Assembly: GCA_035540915.1 (NCBI GenBank)
Contig: DATLFQ010000075.1
Coordinates: 1-41,521, forward strand
Reading direction: 5' to 3'
From: Acidimicrobiales bacterium
Lineage (GTDB): Bacteria; Actinomycetota; Acidimicrobiia; Acidimicrobiales; GCA-2861595
DNA: 41,521 nt
Shown here: positions 19,222 to 27,405 of the stretch, piece after piece
Position numbering within the stretch: the stretch's first letter is position 1
How the letters are laid out: each line of letters begins with the position of its first letter
Notes under the pieces: model-generated
Database searches by the model: none
The model's input: only the letters and a program-made list of their open reading frames with translations
What the model was told of the DNA's origin: nothing
Program-made: the position numbers and the translations under genes

Positions 19222-20208
19222 CTAACCGCGGCCGGGCAGCAGGCCCACCGCCTCCTTGGCCCGGGCCAGCGTCGGCGCGGCCAGGGCCCGGGCCTTGCCG
19301 GCTCCCTTGGCCAGCACGGCGGCTGTTGCAGCGGGGTCGGCGGCCAGCTCGGCGTAGCGGGCCTGCACCGGCCGGAGCAGCTCGACCACCGCGTCGGCGG
19401 TGTCGGCCTTGAGCGGGCCGTACCGGTCGTAGGCGGCGGCGACGTCGGCGGGCGTCCGGCCGGTGGCCGCGGCCAGGATGGACAGGAGGTTGGAGACGCC
19501 GGGCTTCGCGGGGGGGTCGAAGACCACCTCGGTGCCGGTGTCGGTGACGGCCCGCTTGATCTTGCGGGCGACGACGTCGGGCGGGTCGAGCAGGAACACC
19601 GTGCCCTGGTCCGACGCCGACGACGCCGACATCTTCCGGGTCGGGTCCTGGAGGTCCATGACCCGGGCGGCGACCGGCGGTACCGACGCCTCCGGCACGG
19701 TGAACACCGGGCCGAAGCGGCTGTTGAAGCGGATGGCGACGTCCCGGCACAGCTCCAGGTGCTGGCGCTGGTCGTCGCCGACGGGGACCCGCCCGACGTC
19801 GTAGAGCAGGATGTCGGCCGCCATGAGCACGGGGTAGGTCAACAGCCCGCAGGACACGAACTCCTGGTTGGCCGCCTTCTCCTTGAACTGGGTCATCCGC
19901 CGCAGCTCGCCGAACCCGGCGTTGCACTCCAGCAGCCAGGCCAGCTCGCTGTGCTCGCCGACGTGGCTCTGGACGAACACCGTGCAGACGTCGGGGTCCA
20001 GCCCGGCGGCCAGGAGTGAGCACGCCTGCTCGACGGTCAGGGCCCGGAGCCGGGCCGGGTCGTGGGGCACGGTGAGCGCGTGCAGGTCGACCACGCAGAA
20101 CAGCGACTCGTCGGTGTGCTGGTCGTCCACCCAGCCGCGCAGGGCTCCCAGGTAGTTGCCGAGCGTCACCGGCCCGGTCGGCTGCATGCCGGAGAGGACC
20201 CGGGCCAT
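19222..20208 (-). CDS. trpS: tryptophan--tRNA ligase
   Basis: Contains SGMQPTG..TLGNYLG (HIGH-region variant) and RKMSAS (KMSKS). ATG-20208 has a TACCAT box 7 nt upstream. The in-frame ATG-20217, three codons longer, is the alternative start. Confidence 0.9.
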   Translation of the reverse strand: MARVLSGMQPTGPVTLGNYLGALRGWVDDQHTDESLFCVVDLHALTVPHDPARLRALTVEQACSLLAAGLDPDVCTVFVQSHVGEHSELAWLLECNAGFGELRRMTQFKEKAANQEFVSCGLLTYPVLMAADILLYDVGRVPVGDDQRQHLELCRDVAIRFNSRFGPVFTVPEASVPPVAARVMDLQDPTRKMSASSASDQGTVFLLDPPDVVARKIKRAVTDTGTEVVFDPPAKPGVSNLLSILAAATGRTPADVAAAYDRYGPLKADTADAVVELLRPVQARYAELAADPAATAAVLAKGAGKARALAAPTLARAKEAVGLLPGRG

Positions 20209-20215
20209 CGGCGCC

Positions 20216-20253
20216 ATGGTATGCGCCCGGGCCGGAGGGCCCCCCGGTAGTCT
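20216..20253. promoter_or_regulatory. divergent promoter region with back-to-back candidate -10 boxes (trpS / scpA)
   Basis: Minus-strand TACCAT (20221-20216) lies 7 nt upstream of ATG-20208. Plus-strand TAGTCT (20248-20253) lies 6 nt upstream of GTG-20260. Confidence 0.35.
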
Positions 20254-20259
20254 CGGTCC

Positions 20260-21033
20260 GTGCCCGGCCCGGCCGCAGCCCTCGACGAGCTGCGCCAGCC
20301 CGCCCGCTACTCCGTCACCACCCCGGTGTTCGAAGGTCCCCTGGACCTGCTGCTCCACCTGGTGGCCAGCCAGCAGGTGGAGCTGTACGAGGTCTCGCTG
20401 GTGGCCATCGTGGACGGCTACCTGGCCCACCTGGCCCAGCTGGAGGCGCTCGACCTCGACGTCGCCACCGAGTTCGTCGTCATCGCGGCCACCCTGATCG
20501 AGCTCAAGAGCCGGCGGCTGCTGCCGCCGAGCGAGCAGCCCGACGACGACGACCTCGACCTCTGGGCCGAGCGCGACCTGCTGCTGGCCCGCCTGATCGA
20601 GTGCAAGACGTTCAAGAACGCCGCGCAGCGACTGTCCTTCATGGCCGACCTGGCGGCGACGTCCTGGCCCCGACGGGCCGGCCTGGAGGAGCGGTTCGCC
20701 TCGTTGGTGCCCGACGTGCTGGCCGGGGTCACCGTGGCCGACCTGCAGGCGGCGCTGGTCCGGGCCGTCACCCCGGCTCCGCCCCCGTCCCGGGTCGACC
20801 TGCGCCACGTGGCGCCCGTCCGCATCACCGCCCAGGAGATGGCCGAGCAGCTGGCGGCCAGGCTGGCCGGCGCCGGGAGGCTCACCTTCCGCGAGCTGAC
20901 CGCCGGCCTGGCCGACCGCCTGGAGGTCATCGTCGCCTTCCTCGCCGTCCTCGAGCTGTACAAGGACGGCCGCATCGACGTGGACCAGCCCGGCCGCTTC
21001 GGCGACCTGGTCGTCACCTGGGCCGCCCGATGA
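20260..21033 (+). CDS. scpA: segregation and condensation protein A
   Basis: FEGPLDLLLHLV..ELYEVSL motif typical of ScpA. Confidence 0.9.
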   Translation: MPGPAAALDELRQPARYSVTTPVFEGPLDLLLHLVASQQVELYEVSLVAIVDGYLAHLAQLEALDLDVATEFVVIAATLIELKSRRLLPPSEQPDDDDLDLWAERDLLLARLIECKTFKNAAQRLSFMADLAATSWPRRAGLEERFASLVPDVLAGVTVADLQAALVRAVTPAPPPSRVDLRHVAPVRITAQEMAEQLAARLAGAGRLTFRELTAGLADRLEVIVAFLAVLELYKDGRIDVDQPGRFGDLVVTWAAR

Positions 21034-21599
21034 ACGAGCTGTCGCCCGACCAGCGGGCCATCGAGGCGGTTCTGATGGTGGCCGACAGCCCGGTGGAGCC
21101 CGGCCTGCTGGCCCAGCTCCTGGAAGTGACGCCGGCCCACGTCGAGGCGCTGTGCGCCGAACTGGGCGCCCGCTACCTGGCCGAGGGCCGGGGCTTCGTG
21201 GTGGCCCGGGTGGCCGGCGGCTACCGGTTCCAGAGCGCACCGGACCTGGCTCCCTACGTCGAGCGCTTCGTTCTGGAAGGCCAGTCAGCCCGGCTGTCGG
21301 CCGCCGGCCTGGAGACGCTGGCCATCGTGGCCTACAAGCAGCCGGTGTCCCGGGCCCAGGTGTCGGCCATACGGGGGGTCAACGCCGACGGCGTGCTGCG
21401 CACGCTGCAGCAGCGGGGCTACGTCGAGGCCATCGGGCGCGACGACGGCCCCGGCCAGGCGCTCCTGTTCGGCACGACGGCCCTGTTCCTCGAGAAGCTG
21501 GGCCTGGACAGCGTCGAGGACCTCCCACCGCTCAGCGAGTTCTTCCCGGAGCCGGCCGTCGTCGAGGCGTTGGAGCAGGGGCTGCGCCCCGTGGGGTGA
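21030..21599 (+). CDS. scpB: segregation and condensation protein B
   Basis: Contains IEAVLMVADSPV...GYRFQS and ETLAIVAYKQPVSRAQVSAIRGV. ATGA overlap with scpA. Confidence 0.9.
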   Translation: MNELSPDQRAIEAVLMVADSPVEPGLLAQLLEVTPAHVEALCAELGARYLAEGRGFVVARVAGGYRFQSAPDLAPYVERFVLEGQSARLSAAGLETLAIVAYKQPVSRAQVSAIRGVNADGVLRTLQQRGYVEAIGRDDGPGQALLFGTTALFLEKLGLDSVEDLPPLSEFFPEPAVVEALEQGLRPVG

Positions 21600-22345
21600 C
21601 GGGCGATCGGCTCCCGCCGGGCCAGGGCACCGGCCAGCGCCTCCAGAAGGTGCTGTCCCGGGCCGGTTTCGGCAGCCGGCGGGCCTGCGAGGAGCTGATC
21701 GCGGCCGGGCGGGTGACGGTGAACGGGCGCACCGCCCACCTCGGCCGGCGGGTGGAGGCCGAGGTCGACGCGGTGGCCGTCGACGGCATCCCGGTGTCGG
21801 TGCGAGCCGGGCTCGTCTACTACCTGCTGAACAAGCCCCGTGGCGTGGTGACGACGGCCAGGGACCCGCAGGGCCGGCGGACGGTGGTCGAACTGGTCCC
21901 GCTCGAGCCGCGGGTCTTCCCGGTCGGCCGGCTGGACGCCGACAGCGAGGGACTGCTCCTGGTCACCAACGACGGCGAGCTGACCCATCGGCTCACCCAC
22001 CCCTCCTTCGGGGTCGAGAAGCAGTACCTGGCCGAGGTGGAGGGCACCCCGTCGCCGGCCGCCGTCCGTCGCCTCCGCGAGGGGGTCGACCTGGAGGACG
22101 GCCGAACGGCGCCGGCCAAGGTGGCGGCTGTCTCGCCGTCGGCACTGCGCATCACCATCCACGAGGGCCGCAACCGCCAGGTGCGCCGCATGTGCGCAGC
22201 GGTCGGCCATCCCGTCACCCGCCTGGTCCGCACCCGCATCGGCCCACTGGCCGAGCGCAGCCTGCGCCCGGGCGAGTGGCGACCGCTCACCCTGGCCGAG
22301 GTGCGGGCGCTCAACGAGGCGGCCCGTCCGCGAGAGGCCGAATAG
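21596..22345 (+). CDS. rluB: 23S rRNA pseudouridine synthase, RluB/RsuA family
   Basis: S4 domain (RLQKVLSRAGFGSRR), YYLLNKPRGVV, and catalytic RLDADSEGLLLVTNDG. GTGA overlap with scpB. Confidence 0.9.
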   Translation: MTGDRLPPGQGTGQRLQKVLSRAGFGSRRACEELIAAGRVTVNGRTAHLGRRVEAEVDAVAVDGIPVSVRAGLVYYLLNKPRGVVTTARDPQGRRTVVELVPLEPRVFPVGRLDADSEGLLLVTNDGELTHRLTHPSFGVEKQYLAEVEGTPSPAAVRRLREGVDLEDGRTAPAKVAAVSPSALRITIHEGRNRQVRRMCAAVGHPVTRLVRTRIGPLAERSLRPGEWRPLTLAEVRALNEAARPREAE

Positions 22346-22368
22346 CGCCGGCCGGCGCGGGCTTCCTC

Positions 22369-22399
22369 CGGAAACGGCGCTCTCTGCGGTGCGTTTCCG
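22369..22399 (+). terminator. hairpin between rluB and aroH (terminator or 5' element)
   Basis: CGGAAACG (22369-22376) pairs with CGTTTCCG (22392-22399) around a 15-nt loop. The GC palindrome GCGCCGGCCGGCGC at 22345-22358 precedes it. Confidence 0.3.
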
Positions 22400-22424
22400 C
22401 GTCGACCTCATACAGTCGGGCGCT

Positions 22425-22793
22425 GTGCCGGCCGCCGTCCGCGCCCTGCGGGGTGCCACCCGACTCGACGCCGACACCCGCGAGCAGGTGACGGAGCGGG
22501 TCGGCGCGTTGGTGCGGGCCATGCTCGACCGCAACGGCGCCGACGCCGACGACCTCATCAGCATCGTGTTCACCGCCACCGACGACATCCACTCGATGTT
22601 CCCCGCCGAGGCGGCCCGGGCGGTGGGGCTCGGCGACGTGCCGCTGCTGTGCGCCCAGGAACTGACCATCGAGGGCAAGCCCACCCGCTGCATCCGGGTG
22701 CTCATGCACCTCACCACCGAGCGGGCGCGGGCCGACCTGCAGCCCGTCTACCTGGAGGGCACGGCGGTCCTGCGCGATGACCTCCCCGGCTAG
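22425..22793 (+). CDS. aroH: chorismate mutase, AroH class
   Basis: Contains VRALRGAT...FTATDDIHSMFPAEAAR...TRCIRVLMH...VYLEGTAVLRDDL, matching B. subtilis AroH from my recollection. GTG-22425 gives the canonical short N-terminus. The track start at 22389 lies inside the hairpin. Confidence 0.85.
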   Translation: MPAAVRALRGATRLDADTREQVTERVGALVRAMLDRNGADADDLISIVFTATDDIHSMFPAEAARAVGLGDVPLLCAQELTIEGKPTRCIRVLMHLTTERARADLQPVYLEGTAVLRDDLPG

Positions 22794-23847
22794 CCCGCGG
22801 GCCCAGGTGGTGGGCACCGGGCTCATGGGGGCGTCGATCGGCCTGGCCCTCCGAGCCCGGGGATGGTTCGTCACCGGGCGGGACCGTGACCCCGCCCGAG
22901 CGGCGCAGGCCGCCGCGCTCGGCGCGGTCGACGAGGTCGGCACCGACTCCGGAGCCGAGATCACGTTCGTGGCCACGCCCGTCTCGACGGTGGCCGCCGA
23001 GGCGATCGCCGCCCTCGACGCCGGCCCCGGCCTCGTCACCGACGTCGGCAGCGTGAAGGCACCGATCGTCTCGGCGGTGGACTCCCCCCGTTTCGTGGGC
23101 GGCCACCCGATGGCCGGATCAGAGCAGGAAGGCGTCGACGGCGCCGACCCGGCGCTGTTCGAGGGAGCCACCTGGGTGCTCACCCCGAACGAGAGCACCG
23201 ACTCCGCCGCCTTCGCCCGCATCCGGACGGTGGTGGCCAGCCTGGGGGCCGACGTGGTGGCCGTCTCGCCCGAGCGGCACGACGAGCTGGTGGCGGTGGT
23301 GTCCCACGTGCCCCACCTGACGGCGGCGACGCTCATGGGCCTGGCCGCGGAGGGTGCCGAGGAGCACGCGGCGATGCTGCGCCTGGCGGCCGGGGGCTTC
23401 CGGGACATGACCCGTATCGCCGCCGGGCACCCCGGGATCTGGCCGGACATCTGCGCAGAGAACCGGGCCGCCATCGTCGGCACCCTCGACCGGCTCGTCG
23501 TCGCCCTCGGAGAGATGCGCGACGTGGTGGCGGCGGGGGACCGTGGCGGCCTGCTGGCCGTGCTGGAGTCGGCGCGCCACGCCCGGGCCAACCTGCCCTC
23601 GCGGGTGGTGCAGCCCGACGCGCTGGTCGAGGTGCGCGTCCCGGTGCTCGACCGTCCCGGCGCGCTGGCCGAGGTCACCACCTGCGCGTCGGCGCTGGCC
23701 ATCAACATCGTCAACCTCGATCTGGCCCACTCCCTGGAGGGTGATCGGGGCGTGCTGGTGCTGGTGGTGGACGCCGACGACGGCGAACGGCTCCGGGCGG
23801 AACTGGCGGGCCGCGGCTACCGCCCCGCCGTACAGTCGCTGGGATGA
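22777..23847 (+). CDS. tyrA: prephenate dehydrogenase with C-terminal ACT-like domain
   Basis: Rossmann motif VVGTGLMGASIG, GGHPMAGSE, and a C-terminal regulatory domain. It overlaps aroH by 17 nt. Confidence 0.88.
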   Translation: MTSPASPRAQVVGTGLMGASIGLALRARGWFVTGRDRDPARAAQAAALGAVDEVGTDSGAEITFVATPVSTVAAEAIAALDAGPGLVTDVGSVKAPIVSAVDSPRFVGGHPMAGSEQEGVDGADPALFEGATWVLTPNESTDSAAFARIRTVVASLGADVVAVSPERHDELVAVVSHVPHLTAATLMGLAAEGAEEHAAMLRLAAGGFRDMTRIAAGHPGIWPDICAENRAAIVGTLDRLVVALGEMRDVVAAGDRGGLLAVLESARHARANLPSRVVQPDALVEVRVPVLDRPGALAEVTTCASALAINIVNLDLAHSLEGDRGVLVLVVDADDGERLRAELAGRGYRPAVQSLG

Positions 23848-25106
23848 CGTCGCTCGAGGTGCACGGGGGCTCGCCGGTCCGCGGCCGGCTCGCCGTCCCG
23901 GGCGACAAGTCGATCTCGCACCGGGCCCTCCTCCTCGGCGCCCTCGCCGAGGGCACCTCGACCGTCGAGGGTCTCTCGACCGGGGCCGACGTGGCGGCCA
24001 CGGCGGCGGCGGTCGCCGCCCTCGGTGCCGAGTTCGACGGCGCCCACATCACCGGCGGGCGGGATCGCCTCCGCCGCCCGGCGGCCACCGTCGACGTCGG
24101 CAACTCCGGGACGACCCTGCGCCTGCTGGCCGGGCTGTGCGCGCCGTTCCCCTGGGAGGTCACCCTCGACGGCGACGACTCGATCCGGCGTCGGCCCATG
24201 GACCGGGTGGCGGAACCGTTGCGGCGGATGGGCGCCGTGGTCGACGGCGACCGGGCCCCGCTCGTGGTGCGGGGCGGCGACCTGCGGGGGATCGACTACG
24301 CGCTCCCGGTGGCCAGCGCGCAGGTCAAGGGCGCCGTCCTCCTGGCCGGCCTCGGCGCCGAGGGCGAGACCGTCGTCCGCGAGCGGGTGCCCACCCGCGC
24401 CCACAGCGAGGAGATGCTGGCCGCCTGCGGTGCCGACCTGGACGTCAGTGCCGACGGGCTGGTCACCCGGCTGCGGCCTGGCAAGCTGGAGCCGTTCCGG
24501 TTGGTGGTGCCCGGCGACCCCTCGCAGGCTGCGTTCTGGGTGGTGGCCGCGTGCATCGTCCCGGGCAGCGAAGTGACCGTGGAGCGGGTCTACGTCGGCC
24601 GGGCGCGCGCCGCCTTTGTCGAGGTGCTGCGCCGCATGGGTGCCGACGTCGAGGTGCGCCTGCGCGACGCCACCACCGCCGACATCGTGGCCAGGGCCGG
24701 CGATCTGCACGGGACCACCGTGCGAGGCGACGAGATCCCCGGCCTCATCGACGAGATCCCGGTGCTGGCCGTGGCCGCCGCAGTGGCCGACGGACCGACC
24801 ACCTTCGCCGACGCCGCCGAGCTGGCGGTCAAGGAGACCGACCGCATCGCCGCCGTGACCGGCGAGCTGGCCGCGCTCGGCGCGGCCGTCGAGGCCCGGC
24901 CCGACGGCCTGGTGGTCGCCGGGGGCGCCCGTCTGCACGGCGCGGCCGTGTCGTCCCGGGGCGACCACCGCATGGCCATGGCCCTCGCGGTGGCCGCCCT
25001 GGCCGCCCGGGGCCCGACCCGTATCGACGGCTGGGACGCCGTCGCCACCAGCTACCCCGGCTTCGCCGCCGACCTGCACCGCCTGTGCCCGGGCGCCGGC
25101 CGCTGA
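23844..25106 (+). CDS. aroA: 3-phosphoshikimate 1-carboxyvinyltransferase (EPSP synthase)
   Basis: Contains VPGDKSISHRALLL, NSGTTLRLL and DHRMAMA motifs. ATGA overlap with tyrA. Confidence 0.93.
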   Translation: MTSLEVHGGSPVRGRLAVPGDKSISHRALLLGALAEGTSTVEGLSTGADVAATAAAVAALGAEFDGAHITGGRDRLRRPAATVDVGNSGTTLRLLAGLCAPFPWEVTLDGDDSIRRRPMDRVAEPLRRMGAVVDGDRAPLVVRGGDLRGIDYALPVASAQVKGAVLLAGLGAEGETVVRERVPTRAHSEEMLAACGADLDVSADGLVTRLRPGKLEPFRLVVPGDPSQAAFWVVAACIVPGSEVTVERVYVGRARAAFVEVLRRMGADVEVRLRDATTADIVARAGDLHGTTVRGDEIPGLIDEIPVLAVAAAVADGPTTFADAAELAVKETDRIAAVTGELAALGAAVEARPDGLVVAGGARLHGAAVSSRGDHRMAMALAVAALAARGPTRIDGWDAVATSYPGFAADLHRLCPGAGR

Positions 25107-25705
25107 TCGCCATCGACGGCCCGGCCGGCTCGGGCAAGTCGACCGTCGCCCGGGCGGTGGCCCGGCGCCTGGGCGTCGACCACCTCGACACCGGCGCCAT
25201 GTACCGGGCCGTCGCCTACGCCTCGCTGGAGCGCGACGTCGATCCGGCCGACGCGGAGGCGGTGGCCGCGCTCGCCGCCGGCCTGGTCATCGAGGTGGAC
25301 GGCGCCGTGCTGGTCGACGGGGTGGACGCGTCGGCCGCCGTCCGCGGGCCGGAGGTGACCGCGGTGGTCAGCGCGGTGGCGTCGGTGCCCGCGGTGCGGG
25401 CCGAGCTGGTGCGCCGCCAGCGCGCGTGGGCCAGCTCGCGCGACGGAGGCGTCGTCGAGGGCAGGGACATCGGGAGCGTGGTGTTCCCCGGCGCCGACGT
25501 GAAGGTGTACCTGACGGCGTCGGACGAGGAACGGTCCCGCCGGCGGGCGGGCGAGGGCGGCGACGGTGCCGACCTGGCCCGCCGCGACGGCCTGGACGCC
25601 AGCCGGGCCGTCTCACCCCTGCAGGTCGCCGAGGGCGCCGTCGTGGTCGACACCACCGGGCTCAGCGTCGACGAGGTCGTCGACGCGGTGCTGGCGCTCC
25701 TGTGA
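25085..25705 (+). CDS. cmk: cytidylate kinase
   Basis: IAIDGPAGSGKST P-loop and LDTGAMYR. GTG-25085 overlaps the aroA 3' end; CTG-25103 is an alternative start. Confidence 0.9.
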   Translation: MPGRRPLIAIDGPAGSGKSTVARAVARRLGVDHLDTGAMYRAVAYASLERDVDPADAEAVAALAAGLVIEVDGAVLVDGVDASAAVRGPEVTAVVSAVASVPAVRAELVRRQRAWASSRDGGVVEGRDIGSVVFPGADVKVYLTASDEERSRRRAGEGGDGADLARRDGLDASRAVSPLQVAEGAVVVDTTGLSVDEVVDAVLALL

Positions 25706-26364
25706 GCCCGCCGCCGGCACCGCCGACGCGGGCCGAGCTGGCGTTCTACGCCTTCTGCCGGGGCGTAGTGGTCGGGTTCTGCCGGATCTTCTGGCGGCTC
25801 CGCGTGGACGGGCGCGAGCACGTGCCGGAAGGGGCGTTCGTGCTGGCACCGGTCCACCGTTCCAACATCGACACCCCGCTGGTGGGCGGCGTCACCCGGC
25901 GCCGGCTGCGCTACATGGGCAAGGACACGATGTGGAAGTATCGGCCCACCGGCTGGCTGTTCAGCGCCCTGGGGGCGTTCGGGGTCAACCGTGCCGCCGC
26001 CGACCGCGACGCCCTGCGCCGGTGCGAGGAGGTGCTGGCCGGGGGCGAGCCGCTGGTCCTGTTCCCGGAGGGGGCCCGCCAGTCGGGGCCGACCATCCAG
26101 CCCCTCAAGGACGGGCCGGCCTGGCTGGCGCTGCGGGCCAACGTCCCGATCGTGCCCGTCGGCATCGGCGGGTCCGAGCGGGCCATGCCCAAGGGAGCCC
26201 GGATGCTCCGCCCGGTCCGGGTCCACGTGGTCATCGGGCCGCCGCTGTACCCGCCGGCCGGCGGCGGCCGGCTGAGCGCCCGGCGGGAGCTGACCGAGCG
26301 GCTCCGCCAGGAGTTGCAGATCCTGTTCGACGAGGCGCAGCGCCGGGCCGGCGCCCCGCGCTAG
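25702..26364 (+). CDS. plsC: 1-acyl-sn-glycerol-3-phosphate acyltransferase family protein
   Basis: HRSNID (HX4D) and FPEGAR motifs. GTGA overlap with cmk. Confidence 0.85.
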   Translation: MSPPPAPPTRAELAFYAFCRGVVVGFCRIFWRLRVDGREHVPEGAFVLAPVHRSNIDTPLVGGVTRRRLRYMGKDTMWKYRPTGWLFSALGAFGVNRAAADRDALRRCEEVLAGGEPLVLFPEGARQSGPTIQPLKDGPAWLALRANVPIVPVGIGGSERAMPKGARMLRPVRVHVVIGPPLYPPAGGGRLSARRELTERLRQELQILFDEAQRRAGAPR

Positions 26365-27353
26365 CCCCCCAGGGCGTCGAGGACGTCGCTGGCGGCGACG
26401 CTCCGGTCGTCGGCCAGGCGGTCGGCCCCCAGCAGATCGCGCAGCTCACGAGGCGGCGGGAAGTACTCCTCCTCGGTGGTCACCGTGACCACCTCCACCC
26501 CGTTGCTGGGCGCCAGGCGCTCCAGTACCGCCTTGACCAGTTCCTCGGGCGCGGACGCGCCGGCGGTCACCCCGACGACGCCGGACAGATCCGACGGCAG
26601 CTCGTCGGCGCTGTTCACCCGGAAGACGCGAGACGCCCCCGACGAGCGGGCCACCTTCTCCAGGGCGACGGTGTTGGACGAGTTGGCCGAGCCGATGACG
26701 ACGATGGCGTCGGCGCGGGAGGCGACGACCTTCAGTGCGGACTGGCGGTTGGTGGTGGCGAAGCACAGGTCGCTGCGGCCGGGCATCCACATGGAGGGGA
26801 AGCGGGCGCGGGCGGCGTCGCGCACGCCGGCCCACTCGTCCATGCTCAACGTGGTCTGGGCCAGGAACGCCACCGGCGCCCCGTCGTCGAGGTCCAGGGC
26901 GGCCACGTCGTCCTCGGTCTCGACCAGGCGGACCGCTTCGGGCGCCACCGCCATCGTGCCGACCGCCTCGTCGTGGCCCTGGTGGCCGACGTAGATCACG
27001 TTGTAGCCGTGGCCGGCCCGCACCTTGACCTCGTGGTGGACCTTGGTCACCAGCGGGCAGACGGCGTCGACGACCACGCCGCCGTTGGCCCGGGCGGCCG
27101 CCACCACCTCGGGCGCCGACCCGTGGGCCGACAGCATGACGGGCGCCCCCGGCGGGACCTCGGCGACGTCGTCGACGAAGACCACGCCCAGCCGACGGAA
27201 ACGGTCGACCATCAGCTGGTTGTGGACGATCTCGTGATAGCAGTACACCGGCGGCTCGAACATCCTGACCATCCAGGCGAGGGCCTTGATGGCCATCTCC
27301 ACGCCGGCGCAGAAGCCCCGCGGCGCGGCCAGCAGGACGGTGTCGACGGCCAC
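26361..27353 (-). CDS. ispH: 4-hydroxy-3-methylbut-2-enyl diphosphate reductase
   Basis: Contains LAAPRGFCAGVE, HEIVHN and the Cys ligands typical of IspH. GTG start at 27353. Confidence 0.93.
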   Translation of the reverse strand: MAVDTVLLAAPRGFCAGVEMAIKALAWMVRMFEPPVYCYHEIVHNQLMVDRFRRLGVVFVDDVAEVPPGAPVMLSAHGSAPEVVAAARANGGVVVDAVCPLVTKVHHEVKVRAGHGYNVIYVGHQGHDEAVGTMAVAPEAVRLVETEDDVAALDLDDGAPVAFLAQTTLSMDEWAGVRDAARARFPSMWMPGRSDLCFATTNRQSALKVVASRADAIVVIGSANSSNTVALEKVARSSGASRVFRVNSADELPSDLSGVVGVTAGASAPEELVKAVLERLAPSNGVEVVTVTTEEEYFPPPRELRDLLGADRLADDRSVAASDVLDALGG

Positions 27354-27359
27354 CGTTCG

Positions 27360-27399
27360 AGGCTACCCAGCCGGGTGGCCGACGGGGCCCGCCTATCCT
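27360..27399. promoter_or_regulatory. divergent promoter region with back-to-back candidate -10 boxes (ispH / DUF512)
   Basis: Minus-strand TAGCCT (27365-27360) lies 6 nt upstream of GTG-27353. Plus-strand TATCCT (27394-27399) lies 6 nt upstream of ATG-27406. Confidence 0.4.
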
Positions 27400-27405
27400 T
27401 GGCAC

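Noticed and set aside
22425-26364. aroH-tyrA-aroA-cmk-plsC chain as a novel supraoperon
   Set aside because: Linkage of aroA with cmk and clustering of aromatic-pathway genes are known from other bacteria. The overlaps are noteworthy only as ordinary translational coupling, so this is mentioned in the summary rather than as a finding.
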